A stretch of DNA of 64,000 nucleotides, from the NCBI GenBank assembly GCA_046725935.1, contig JBKOZO010000021.1, positions 2,752-66,751 of the forward strand, in the 5' to 3' direction. This document shows, in pieces, positions 48,280 to 57,165 of the stretch (position 1 is the stretch's first letter; every line of letters starts with the position of its first letter). The notes under the pieces were generated by a model that saw nothing but the letters and a program-made list of their open reading frames with translations, made no database searches and was not told the DNA's origin. A program made the translations under genes and the position numbers. This DNA comes from Acidobacteriota bacterium. GTDB lineage: Bacteria; Acidobacteriota; Thermoanaerobaculia; UBA5066; Gp7-AA6.

Positions 48280-49677
48280 ATGATGGCGAAGCGGACCCGG
48301 ACCGCGCTCCTCGGGATGCTGATCTGCCTGACCGCCGTTGCGGCAATCGCGCAGCCTGTCCCGCCGCCGGTCGTGGCCCCCAACTCTCGGGGCGACATCG
48401 GACTCTTCACGATGTCGACGGCGGACAATCCCCGCGCCGGACAGTTCACGCTCGGGTTCTACGGCTGGTACGCGCCGAGAATCGCCGGGGAGATCTTCCC
48501 CGCGGAACCCGAAGAGGTGCGCTACTTCGCCAACTACGGCGGCGCAGCCTCCCTGGGCCTCGGCCTGACGGACTGGTGGTCGATCTTCGTCGCCGGCGGA
48601 GGCCAGGTGACCAAGAGCGGCGGCGGCTGGGCCGGCGGCGTCATCAACGGCGTGCCGATCGCAGGACCGTTCCAGGTCAGCGAGGGTACGAAAGTCCGGG
48701 TCGGAACCAAGTTCAACTACCACTCCGAGGCCGACTACGACTTCCGCATCGCCGGCTGGCTGTCGGCGAACATCCCGGTCGGCAACGCCACCGTCAACAA
48801 CGAAACCACGGGTGAGCCGATCCAGTCCCTGAACTCGCGGCGCACCGACTGGGAGTGGGGCGCGGCCGTCACCAAGTCGATCTTCACCGGCTTGGTCTCC
48901 TACCAGCTCTCCGGCGAGCAGGACAACGACGTGCGCGTGCCCAACCTCCTGAGGTTCGGATTCGGCGTCGAGGTGCCGGTCGCCCCGATCATCCACGTCA
49001 TCGGCGAGATCAACTACAACGTGCTCGACGGCGGCGACGTCCCCGAGCCCGACTACGCCACGCTGATCGGCGGCGCCCGCATCTGGTTCGGCCACACGGG
49101 ATGGGCCCTGACAGCCGGCTTCTCGACGAACATGACGATGCTGTTCTCCAACGGCATCAATCCGAACCCCTTCGGCGGCCTCCTGGGCATCACCTACGCC
49201 GCCTGGCCTCCGGCTCCCCCGCCGCCGGTCGTCGTTCCGGCGCCCGAACCGGTCGTCGAGCAGCGCGTGGTCGAGACGGCGCCCGCCCCGGCGCCCGCGC
49301 CGCCTCCCCCGCCGCGCCCGGCGCCGAGGACGACCTCCGACGAGATCTTCTTCGACGGCAAGAGCGCCCGGCTGACCAACATCGCCAAGGCCGTCCTGGA
49401 CGGCGTGGCCTTGCGCATGCGCAACGACTTGAACGCCACAGCCGTGGTCACCGGCTTCACCGACAACACCGGCAGCGAGAAGGCCAACCTCGAGCTCGGC
49501 CAGAAGCGGGCCGACGCCGCCAAGGAGTATCTGGTGACGCGCCATGGCATCGACCCCGGCCGCATCTCGACCCAGTCCAAGGGCGCTGCGGACCCCGGCT
49601 ACGACAACGCCACGGCCGAGGGACGGACGAAGAACCGCCGCGCGCAGATCGTCGTCACGCTAATATCGGGGGCGTGA
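48280..49677 (+). CDS. outer-membrane protein with a C-terminal OmpA/MotB peptidoglycan-binding domain
   Basis: AAGGAG lies 8 nt before ATG 48280. Signal peptide LLGMLICLTAVAAIAQ. C-terminus ...VVTGFTDNTGSEKANLELGQKRADAAKEYL...TKNRRAQIVV. Confidence 0.85.
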   Translation: MMAKRTRTALLGMLICLTAVAAIAQPVPPPVVAPNSRGDIGLFTMSTADNPRAGQFTLGFYGWYAPRIAGEIFPAEPEEVRYFANYGGAASLGLGLTDWWSIFVAGGGQVTKSGGGWAGGVINGVPIAGPFQVSEGTKVRVGTKFNYHSEADYDFRIAGWLSANIPVGNATVNNETTGEPIQSLNSRRTDWEWGAAVTKSIFTGLVSYQLSGEQDNDVRVPNLLRFGFGVEVPVAPIIHVIGEINYNVLDGGDVPEPDYATLIGGARIWFGHTGWALTAGFSTNMTMLFSNGINPNPFGGLLGITYAAWPPAPPPPVVVPAPEPVVEQRVVETAPAPAPAPPPPPRPAPRTTSDEIFFDGKSARLTNIAKAVLDGVALRMRNDLNATAVVTGFTDNTGSEKANLELGQKRADAAKEYLVTRHGIDPGRISTQSKGAADPGYDNATAEGRTKNRRAQIVVTLISGA

Positions 49678-49706
49678 CCCCTCCCGCCTTCGAGCGCACT
49701 CTTTCA

Positions 49707-49731
49707 CCCCCTCCCCCGGAGGGGGTTTTTT
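49707..49731 (+). terminator. rho-independent terminator-like hairpin plus T6
   Basis: CCCCCTCC ccc GGAGGGGG TTTTTT lies 30 nt after the ompA-like stop. The 3' arm GGAGG lies 10 nt before ATG 49733. Confidence 0.7.
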
Positions 49732-49732
49732 G

Positions 49733-50875
49733 ATGGTGCGACCGGACGGCCTGCCGGACGAATCGCCCCGCCGGGTCGTCGGCCTGACGGTCGTGTCACT
49801 GGCCGCGGTGGTCGGCCTGCTCTACTACGGCCGGCCGGTCTTAGTCCCGCTGGTCTTCGCGCTCTTCCTGGCCTTCGCGCTGCGACCGTTCGTGTCCCTG
49901 CTCGAGCGGGCCGGCGTGCCCCGGGTCGCGGCGATCCTGCTGATCCTCTTCGTGATCATCGGCGGCGTCGTTCTGCTGATCATCAACGTCACGGCCCAGA
50001 TCAACCAGTTCTTCGCCGAGTTGCCGCGCTACCAGACGCGCATTCGCGACCTGCTGGCCGGATTCATGGGATTCGTCAACAAGGTCCGGGAGAGGATGGG
50101 CTCGATCCTGCCCGAGGACACGGCCCGCGGGGTGCGCGAGGTCAAGCTGACCGAGTCGCAGCTGGAGACGACGAGGGCCTTCGTCGAGGGGCTCGGGGCG
50201 ACAGTCGGGATCCTGCTCTACGCGGCGGCGGTCCCGTTCCTGACGTTCTTCATGCTGAAGGACCGCGAGAAGTTCGGGCGGATCCTCGCCGGCATGCTGA
50301 CGCGCAACCAGCGGCTCGGCGACTCCGACGTGACCGGCGCGATCTCGCGGACGATGACGTCTTACGCCCTCGGCCTGTCCTTCGTCATGCTGATCATGGC
50401 GGGAGCCACGACGCTGGCGCTCATGGTTCTTCGCGTCGACTACTACTACGTCCTGGGCCCGATCGCCGGAATCGCGATCCTGCTGCCCTACGTCGGCGTG
50501 ATCCTCTCGACAGTGCCGGCGGTCGCAGTGGCCTATTTTCAGTTTGGCGGCGAGAAGGCACTCCTGGTCTTTCTGGTCTACAGCCTCCTGCAGTTCCTGG
50601 AAGGCAACGTCCTGACGCCGTATATCGTCGGTGGCAAGGTCCGTCTCTTTCCCCTGACCGTCATGATCGCCTTCGTCTTCTGGAGCACGATCTGGGGCAT
50701 TTCCGGCGCGGTGCTGGCGGTGCCGCTGACGTCGGCGCTCAAGGTGGTCTGCGAGCACGTGCGCGGCTGGGAAGGTTTGGCCCGCCTGCTCGGCGAGCCG
50801 GACCTGCCGCACTTCAAGAAGAAGCCCCGGGACAAGGACAAGGCCGCCGAGCCCGTCGAGCCCGCCAGCGCGTAG
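49733..50875 (+). CDS. AI-2E (PerM/UPF0118) family transporter
   Basis: Eight hydrophobic spans. ...LVPLVFALFLAFALRPFV... and ...FLEGNVLTPYIVGGKVRL.PLTVM. Confidence 0.88.
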   Translation: MVRPDGLPDESPRRVVGLTVVSLAAVVGLLYYGRPVLVPLVFALFLAFALRPFVSLLERAGVPRVAAILLILFVIIGGVVLLIINVTAQINQFFAELPRYQTRIRDLLAGFMGFVNKVRERMGSILPEDTARGVREVKLTESQLETTRAFVEGLGATVGILLYAAAVPFLTFFMLKDREKFGRILAGMLTRNQRLGDSDVTGAISRTMTSYALGLSFVMLIMAGATTLALMVLRVDYYYVLGPIAGIAILLPYVGVILSTVPAVAVAYFQFGGEKALLVFLVYSLLQFLEGNVLTPYIVGGKVRLFPLTVMIAFVFWSTIWGISGAVLAVPLTSALKVVCEHVRGWEGLARLLGEPDLPHFKKKPRDKDKAAEPVEPASA

Positions 50876-50890
50876 CACGTCGCCTTCGCT

Positions 50891-50947
50891 TCCCCCTCAC
50901 CCCCACCCTCTCCCCCCACCGAGGGGAGAGGGCAAGGGAGAGGGGGG
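50891..50947. terminator. long imperfect C-rich/G-rich hairpin between convergent genes (candidate bidirectional terminator)
   Basis: The 27-nt arms at 50891-50917 and 50921-50947 pair at about 21/27 positions (core CCCTCTCCCC/GGGGAGAGGG). There is no flanking T-run. Confidence 0.4.
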
Positions 50948-50964
50948 CTCTGACTCAGTGGCTC

Positions 50965-53313
50965 TTAGTTCTTCCCGGAAGGGGGCGACTCTCCGGTGAG
51001 CTGCGCCAGGATGGCGCGCGCCGAGGGGTTCTCGGGTTCGGCGTTGACGAGCTTACGGGCGTAATCGATCGCCGCCTGCCGCTTTCCCACCTTCAGAGAA
51101 AAAGACGAGAGGGCTTCCAGGATCTCGGGGTTCCCGGTGTGCCGGGTGTGGGCGGCGGTGAGCACGTCGATCGCCTTCGACGTCTGCCCGATGGAATCCA
51201 GAGCCACTCCATAGACGTAGGCGTAGCGGGCGTTTCCCGGAGCGAGTTTCGCGGCGATGGCGAACTCCTCGACGGCCTCCGGGGCCTTCCGGCGCCGCAC
51301 GAGCGACAGGCCCAGGGCGTGGTGCAGTCCGGGATCCCGCAGCGCGATTCGCAGGCCTTCCCGCAGCGTCGACTCGGCCTCGCCCTCCCGGCCCTGCCCG
51401 CGGTAGAGGTCCGCGAGGTTCGCCCAGGCCGCGGCGATCGCGGGAGTGATCGCCAGCGCGGCCCGATACTCGGCCTCGGCCTTCCCGGCGTCTCCGCGCA
51501 ACGCGTAAATCGATCCGAGCTGCAGGTGGGCCTCCGCCCGATCCGCGTCGACGTTCTGCGACTCCACGAACTCGGCCAGGGCCGCATCGAAGTCGGCTCT
51601 CTCCGTGGCGCTCATCCCCTCTCCGGGTACCGATGCGAGGGCGCGCACCGCCTCCAGCCGGACCGTCCGGATCGGGTCCCGGAGAAGAGGAGCGACGACG
51701 CGCAGCCGCTCGCTCGGGTCGAGTCCCTGGGCCGCGCCCAGCGCGCCCTGCCGCACGAGAGGGTCCGGATCCGCCAGCGCCGTCTCGAGCGCGGTCCGCG
51801 CGACGGCGACACGCGCATCGAGCATGGACGCGGCGGTGCCCCGCCGGATGGCGGGCCGCGAGGAGTCGGAGACGAAGGCGGCGAGCGCGCCCTGCGCGCC
51901 TTCGAGCTCCTCGCGGCCAGCGTGCGCGATCTCGCCGTAGTCCGGCGTCCGCCGCAGTTTGTCGCCCCACCACTTCGAGGCCGCGTCGGCCGCCCAGCGG
52001 GCGGACTTGTCGCGGTGGCATTCGTTGCAGGCGTTGGGCGTGCCGAGCGAGACCGACAGGTCCGGCCGCGGCACACGGATGCTGTGGTCCCGCCGGGCGT
52101 GCACGACCATGTAGTTGCGCGTCGGCATGTGGCAGGCGACGCAGCTCGACCCCTTCGAATCGACGCGATGGAAGTGGTGCTTCGGCGTCTCGAACTTCTC
52201 CGTCAGATGGCACGAGGCGCAGACACGGTCCACGCCGCCCTTGACCTTCAAGTCGTGCGGGTCGTGGCAGTCGGTGCACGACACTCCCGCCGCGTGCATC
52301 TTGCTCTGGAGAAACGACCCGTACTCGTAGACCTCGTCCTGGATCTGTCCGTCGGCGTAGTACAGGGGCGTCTCCAACAGGCCGGGCCGATGCGTCTGCA
52401 TGAGCGGCTGCCCGTACACGTAGTCCGCCGCCACCACCGAACGGCGCGAGTGGCACCGCGCGCAGGTCTCGATCTCGGCGCGCGAGGTCCGCGGCACGCG
52501 GCGCTTCGCGATGCCCGTCTTCATGTCCATTTCCCAGACCGCTTTCGCCGGGTCCCTCAGGAGGACCGCCAGGCCCTTCTCCGCGTCCGTCTTCGAGGCC
52601 TTCCCCGCCTTTACCGCCTCGGCCCAGGCCACGTGCGCGGAGCCCGGGCCGTGGCAGGCCTCGCACGACACGTCGAGCTCGGACCAGGTCGTGGCATAGG
52701 TCTTCGCCGCGGCGGAATAGCCCTTCTTCACGTTCGTCGAGTGGCACTCGGCGCACATGAAGTTCCAGTTCTGGTACGGGCCGGTCCAGTGCAGAGGGTC
52801 GGTGTGGGGAACGGGCTCTTTCGGATAGAGATGGAACCAGCGCTGCCCTCCCTCGTTGGCGGCGCGCGTGTCCCAGACGACGTTCAGCGCCTGGTACCGG
52901 CCTCCGGGAAATGCGATCAGGTACTGCTGGAGCGGATACACCCCGAATGTGTACGCGACCGGGTACTCCTGGAGCTTGCCGTCGGGCCCGTCGGTCCGGA
53001 CGAAGTACTTCCCGTCCCGCTTGAAGAACGTGGACGTGACGCCGAAGTGCGTGAACGACGCGTTCTCGAAGTTGCCGAGGACGGTCGCGTCGGTCGCCTC
53101 CTGCATGGCGAGGTCGTGATGCGAGCCCTTCCAGCGGGCCTCCTCCGTGGCGTGACAGGTGGCGCAGGCCTGACGGCCGACGAACGTCGCGTTCGCCGCG
53201 CGCGGAAGCCTGGTCTTCGGGCCGGGGCTCGACGTCGACGCCTCCGGCCGCCCGCGGCAGGCCAGATCACCGAGAGCGAAAACGGTCGCGAGCGCGATCG
53301 GAATCCAGCGCAT
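50965..53313 (-). CDS. octahaem c-type cytochrome fused to C-terminal TPR repeats
   Basis: Eight CxxCH motifs: CATCH, CAECH, CEACH, CARCH, CTDCH, CASCH, CVACH, CNECH. N-terminal signal sequence. About 300 aa of TPR repeats at the C-terminus. Confidence 0.85.
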   Translation of the reverse strand: MRWIPIALATVFALGDLACRGRPEASTSSPGPKTRLPRAANATFVGRQACATCHATEEARWKGSHHDLAMQEATDATVLGNFENASFTHFGVTSTFFKRDGKYFVRTDGPDGKLQEYPVAYTFGVYPLQQYLIAFPGGRYQALNVVWDTRAANEGGQRWFHLYPKEPVPHTDPLHWTGPYQNWNFMCAECHSTNVKKGYSAAAKTYATTWSELDVSCEACHGPGSAHVAWAEAVKAGKASKTDAEKGLAVLLRDPAKAVWEMDMKTGIAKRRVPRTSRAEIETCARCHSRRSVVAADYVYGQPLMQTHRPGLLETPLYYADGQIQDEVYEYGSFLQSKMHAAGVSCTDCHDPHDLKVKGGVDRVCASCHLTEKFETPKHHFHRVDSKGSSCVACHMPTRNYMVVHARRDHSIRVPRPDLSVSLGTPNACNECHRDKSARWAADAASKWWGDKLRRTPDYGEIAHAGREELEGAQGALAAFVSDSSRPAIRRGTAASMLDARVAVARTALETALADPDPLVRQGALGAAQGLDPSERLRVVAPLLRDPIRTVRLEAVRALASVPGEGMSATERADFDAALAEFVESQNVDADRAEAHLQLGSIYALRGDAGKAEAEYRAALAITPAIAAAWANLADLYRGQGREGEAESTLREGLRIALRDPGLHHALGLSLVRRRKAPEAVEEFAIAAKLAPGNARYAYVYGVALDSIGQTSKAIDVLTAAHTRHTGNPEILEALSSFSLKVGKRQAAIDYARKLVNAEPENPSARAILAQLTGESPPSGKN

Positions 53314-53377
53314 GCTTCTCTAGAAATGGATCCGAGTTGCAACTCTCATCGCTGGCCGCCAAAGCGGCGAGTCCGAG

Positions 53378-53956
53378 TCATTCAACTCGTTGGGGCGGGT
53401 TCTGCCGGAACAAGATGCTGAGAACCTTGCCCTCGCCGATCGCGCGATCCAGCTCCCAGAGGGCGAAAAACGGAATGAGCGCGACGAACAGGATCAGCGA
53501 CCGCCCAAGGATCTCGTAAACTCCTCGGTTCCAGACTGCATCGAAGCTCGCCGCCAGGGTCTTGCCATGGATGAGCCCGTCCACGAGATGCTCGAGAACG
53601 GAGAAGATCGCAACGAGGACCCCGTAGACGAGGGCGCTACGCAGAGCGACCCAGATCCGGGCCCTGCCGGACGCCCTCTTCCCCAAGCCCATTGCCTTGC
53701 CCAGCAGGATGACCTTTGCGACGACGAGGGCCTCCACGATGGCAAAGCCGTAATGAAAGGAGGTCACACCGAACTCGCGAGAGACGAGCCTCCGATAGGT
53801 GAGGAACGAGAAGAAGACGGCGGCCAGATAAGCCGAGATCCCCAGGAGCAGGCGAAGCTCTTCCGCCGCCTTCTCCTTGAGTTGCGTCTTCCGGTCATGG
53901 TCCATGTCCGTACCCCCGAGGCCATTCGGCCGGAATCCGGCGCGCTCGAAGGGCAC
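53378..53956 (-). CDS. hypothetical membrane protein (4 TM)
   Basis: ORF track. Hydrophobic spans LLLGISAYLAAVFFSFL, IVEALVVAKVILLG, VYGVLVAIFSVL and ILFVALIPFFAL. An alternative start is at MDHDRK. Confidence 0.6.
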   Translation of the reverse strand: MPFERAGFRPNGLGGTDMDHDRKTQLKEKAAEELRLLLGISAYLAAVFFSFLTYRRLVSREFGVTSFHYGFAIVEALVVAKVILLGKAMGLGKRASGRARIWVALRSALVYGVLVAIFSVLEHLVDGLIHGKTLAASFDAVWNRGVYEILGRSLILFVALIPFFALWELDRAIGEGKVLSILFRQNPPQRVE

Positions 53957-53981
53957 GTCGCGCCGGTGCCCGTCGATTCGA

Positions 53982-55148
53982 TCAGAGCTGGAACTGTAGT
54001 CGAAGCTGGTAGAAGTTGGTGTGTCCGACGAGCCCGGCTTTGTCCAGGCGGCCGTAGCCGTAGTTGAACTCCAGACGCCACTGCGCGGTCGGATACCAGG
54101 ACAACGCGCCGCTCCATCGGTCGAAAACGCCGCCGTCCACGGCCCCGCTCGTCAGATCGATTTTCGAATACCGGGCACCGACCTCCCACGCTCCGCATCC
54201 GCCGTGCTTGAACGAGAAAGGGGCCGACGGGCGAATCATCCCGAACGTTCCGGTTTCGTGGTCGTAGGGACGAGTCTCACCCGTCAACGCGTAGGTGGCC
54301 ATGATGTAGAAGCCCGAGAAATCGGGACTGCCCGTCTGCGGTGACGACACGTACGTCGCGGTGTATTCGGCGGAGAGCGTGAAGGCGTCCTGAACCGCCG
54401 CCAGCTCTCCGGCGATCGACGTCGCGTGATTGGCGGGGAAGGTCCCCGTGTCCACGAAATCCGGGGCCTCGTAAACCTCCGGAACGCTCTTCAGCTTGAA
54501 GCTCCCGTTCGGTGCCTCACGGTAGACCGCCGAGACGCCCAGATGCAGGAGCTCCCTACCGCCGTCCTGATCCATCGCCAGTCCCGTGACCCGTCCGGCG
54601 AAGATCTGGCCGCTCTCGCTGAAGCTCAGATCGTCGTCGAGCCAGTTGTTGAACCATCCCCCGCACCAGGTCATCCTGCCTCCCAGGATCGCGTTCGAGA
54701 ACCGCACGCCGACGACGTGCGACTCGAAGAAGGTCGAAGCCGTCGACATCACGGAGAGCTCCATGAACGGCACGTCGCGGGCGTTCTCCATCATCTCGAG
54801 CCCGATTCCCTCCTTTTGCTTTCCGATCGTGACGTTCGCCAGATCGCCGATCGGGATGGACAGCAGCACGTCGGTGAATGCCCACGTGCGCGACTCGGTC
54901 TGGTCGAGACCCCGGTAGTTGCCGGCGAGCTCGAAGCGCCAGGGACGGTGGAACTTGAATTCCCCCCTCACCGCGAGATCGTCGAGGCGGAAGAGCTGTT
55001 CGGCGGAGAGGTCGCCGACCTGCTGCTTGTTCGCCGCGTCCTGCGCGTAGAACGCGCCGTCCTCCATCGCGGCGAAGCCCAGGCGCGCCGTGACCCAGAA
55101 GGTACCGAGCTCATACCAGGGACGCGTCAGGATCTCCTGGGCTGCCAT
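53982..55148 (-). CDS. phosphate-selective porin O/P family outer-membrane channel
   Basis: Beta-strand-rich sequence ending ...NFYQLRLQFQL. The listed ATG start lacks a signal peptide; an in-frame signal peptide is encoded upstream (see finding). Confidence 0.72.
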   Translation of the reverse strand: MAAQEILTRPWYELGTFWVTARLGFAAMEDGAFYAQDAANKQQVGDLSAEQLFRLDDLAVRGEFKFHRPWRFELAGNYRGLDQTESRTWAFTDVLLSIPIGDLANVTIGKQKEGIGLEMMENARDVPFMELSVMSTASTFFESHVVGVRFSNAILGGRMTWCGGWFNNWLDDDLSFSESGQIFAGRVTGLAMDQDGGRELLHLGVSAVYREAPNGSFKLKSVPEVYEAPDFVDTGTFPANHATSIAGELAAVQDAFTLSAEYTATYVSSPQTGSPDFSGFYIMATYALTGETRPYDHETGTFGMIRPSAPFSFKHGGCGAWEVGARYSKIDLTSGAVDGGVFDRWSGALSWYPTAQWRLEFNYGYGRLDKAGLVGHTNFYQLRLQFQL

Positions 55149-55192
55149 CGGCAGCGCCAGTGCGCAGCCGAGAATCGAAAACGAGAACCTCT

Positions 55193-56020
55193 TCAGAACG
55201 TCGCGACCACGTACGCCCGCGGACCGTAGAAGTCCTGCTGGAAATCGACGAGCGTGTTCGGCAGATCATCCCTCTTGATCCGGAAGCGCGTGTAGTTGAA
55301 CCCGCCTCCCACCCCGAAATTCCGGGCGAAGTACCAGTCCACGTGCACATCCGCCTGGAAGATCGATCCGACGTACGGGTGAACCGGCGCGAAAATCCCG
55401 TTGAAGATGATGCCCGCAGAAACACGATCCCCGAGTCGAGCATCGAACACGATCCCGAGCAGCGGGACCGGGACTGAAATTTTCCCCTCCTTCGTGACCG
55501 TCTCGCCTGTGATGGGTCCCCCCGGGCCGACGACGCCCGCGTCCGCGCTCAGCTCGGCCTGCAGGATGGGGTACGCCACACCCAGCGTCAGGCCGAGCTG
55601 CGTGGACGGGTTGTGGAGAAAGTTGATCCGTATGTCTCCGTACGGCAACTGGGTCTTCTGCCTGGCCTCCACCGTCGCCCCCGCGGTGTACGTCGTGTCT
55701 CCAAAGATGATGTCCCGCGAAATCGTGGCCGAGCGTGACCGCGTGAACCCGATGTACCCGGCGTCGAACGACAGGAAACCGAGATTGAAGGAAGCTCGTC
55801 CGTAGAACCCTCCCTGGGACGGAAGGTTGAATGTGTCCTCGAAGTCGATGCCGCTTCCGATCGGACCTCCCGCAGTCACGTTCTGCTGCAACGTGACGTC
55901 GGTCTGAAACCACGCGTACATTCCGCCGGCGACCAGCCGGAAGGTGTCGGGCACGTCGCCCGGAAACTGCGCCTGCGCCCGGGAGGCGGCGAGTAGCAAG
56001 CAGGCGGCGGCCGACGCCAT
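55193..56020 (-). CDS. outer-membrane beta-barrel protein
   Basis: ATG 56020 gives MASAAACLLLAASRAQAQ. Alternating beta-strand pattern with a C-terminal ...YVVATF (terminal Phe). Confidence 0.7.
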   Translation of the reverse strand: MASAAACLLLAASRAQAQFPGDVPDTFRLVAGGMYAWFQTDVTLQQNVTAGGPIGSGIDFEDTFNLPSQGGFYGRASFNLGFLSFDAGYIGFTRSRSATISRDIIFGDTTYTAGATVEARQKTQLPYGDIRINFLHNPSTQLGLTLGVAYPILQAELSADAGVVGPGGPITGETVTKEGKISVPVPLLGIVFDARLGDRVSAGIIFNGIFAPVHPYVGSIFQADVHVDWYFARNFGVGGGFNYTRFRIKRDDLPNTLVDFQQDFYGPRAYVVATF

Positions 56021-56091
56021 GTGCCAGACCCGCCTCCGAATACCGACCCCACTCGAAAGCCCACACCAACCTCGCATGACAACTCCTTAGC

Positions 56092-57105
56092 TCACTCGAA
56101 CGAGAATATCCGTTTCCAGTCACCTTTCATGCTGATGACGGTCCAGCCCTTCTTCTTCGCTTCGTCGAAGAGAGCCTGGGTGAAGGTGCCGACCTTGGTA
56201 TCCGGGAGCCCGGCCGCGGGGCCGTAGGCGTACTCGCGTTTCGCGTCGTCGTGGAGCACGAGCATCATGAGGCGCGCTCCATCCCCCGCTCCCGTGTATT
56301 CGAGCATCTGCTGATCGCCGGTCGAGTTTCCGAACGCCGCATGCGGGCGCCGCCCGATCATGAAGTAGATCCCCTCGGCCTTGCCGGCGTCGTTGTCGTT
56401 CAGCAGGAGCTTTGGCTCCTTGGTCAGGAAAGGCCGGCCGCTCTTGTCGTAGCCGTATTTCGTGGCTCCGGCCGTGCCGACGACCTGCTCCGGCGGAATG
56501 CCGTAGACCTTTTCGGCGTACATCCGCACGAAGTCCTGGCCGCCCCCGGTCACGATGTACGTCTTGTAGCCGTTCGCCCGGAAGTACTTGAGAACTTCCT
56601 GCATGGGCTGATAGGTGAGGTCGGTGTAGGGACGCTTCCAGCGTGAGTCCTTCGCGGCGGCGAGCCACTTCTTCGCCTCGGCCTGGAAATCCTCGGCGCT
56701 CATTCCGGAGAGCGCCGCCGCCGCAATCTTCAGCAGGTCCTCGGCCGGAAGCTTCGCGATGGCCTCCCGGTCGCCCGACATCACGGTCTTGAAGGGCTCG
56801 ACGTTGGCGAGCTCGGGCTTCGCCTTGACGATCGCGGGAACGCGGTCCAGGCAATAGACGAGCTGCGAGTAGACGGGGTGCTCGACCCAGAGCGTGCCGT
56901 CCTGGTCGAACGTGGCGATGCGCTCCTCGGGCGGAACGAACTTGGGATTCCCCTCCGTCGTCGTGGACTGGACGAAGTCGATGATGGCCTTCTTCGCGGT
57001 GCCGTCGTTCCAGGACGGGAGAGGATCTGTCTGCCCGATCGCACCCGCCGCGATCGCAAGAAAGAGGGCGGCGGCGGGAAATGTGGTGCGCCAATTTTGT
57101 TTCAT
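56092..57105 (-). CDS. secreted HAD-superfamily phosphatase
   Basis: Signal peptide FPAAALFLAIAAGAIGQ. HAD motif I FDQDGTLW. Also ...IVTGGGQDF... and ...FGNSTGDQQM. Confidence 0.8.
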   Translation of the reverse strand: MKQNWRTTFPAAALFLAIAAGAIGQTDPLPSWNDGTAKKAIIDFVQSTTTEGNPKFVPPEERIATFDQDGTLWVEHPVYSQLVYCLDRVPAIVKAKPELANVEPFKTVMSGDREAIAKLPAEDLLKIAAAALSGMSAEDFQAEAKKWLAAAKDSRWKRPYTDLTYQPMQEVLKYFRANGYKTYIVTGGGQDFVRMYAEKVYGIPPEQVVGTAGATKYGYDKSGRPFLTKEPKLLLNDNDAGKAEGIYFMIGRRPHAAFGNSTGDQQMLEYTGAGDGARLMMLVLHDDAKREYAYGPAAGLPDTKVGTFTQALFDEAKKKGWTVISMKGDWKRIFSFE

Positions 57106-57165
57106 GGCGTGTCCTCCGCAAATGCGGGCGACCCCGAAGAGCCGCCCATTCCAAGACTTGGACGT

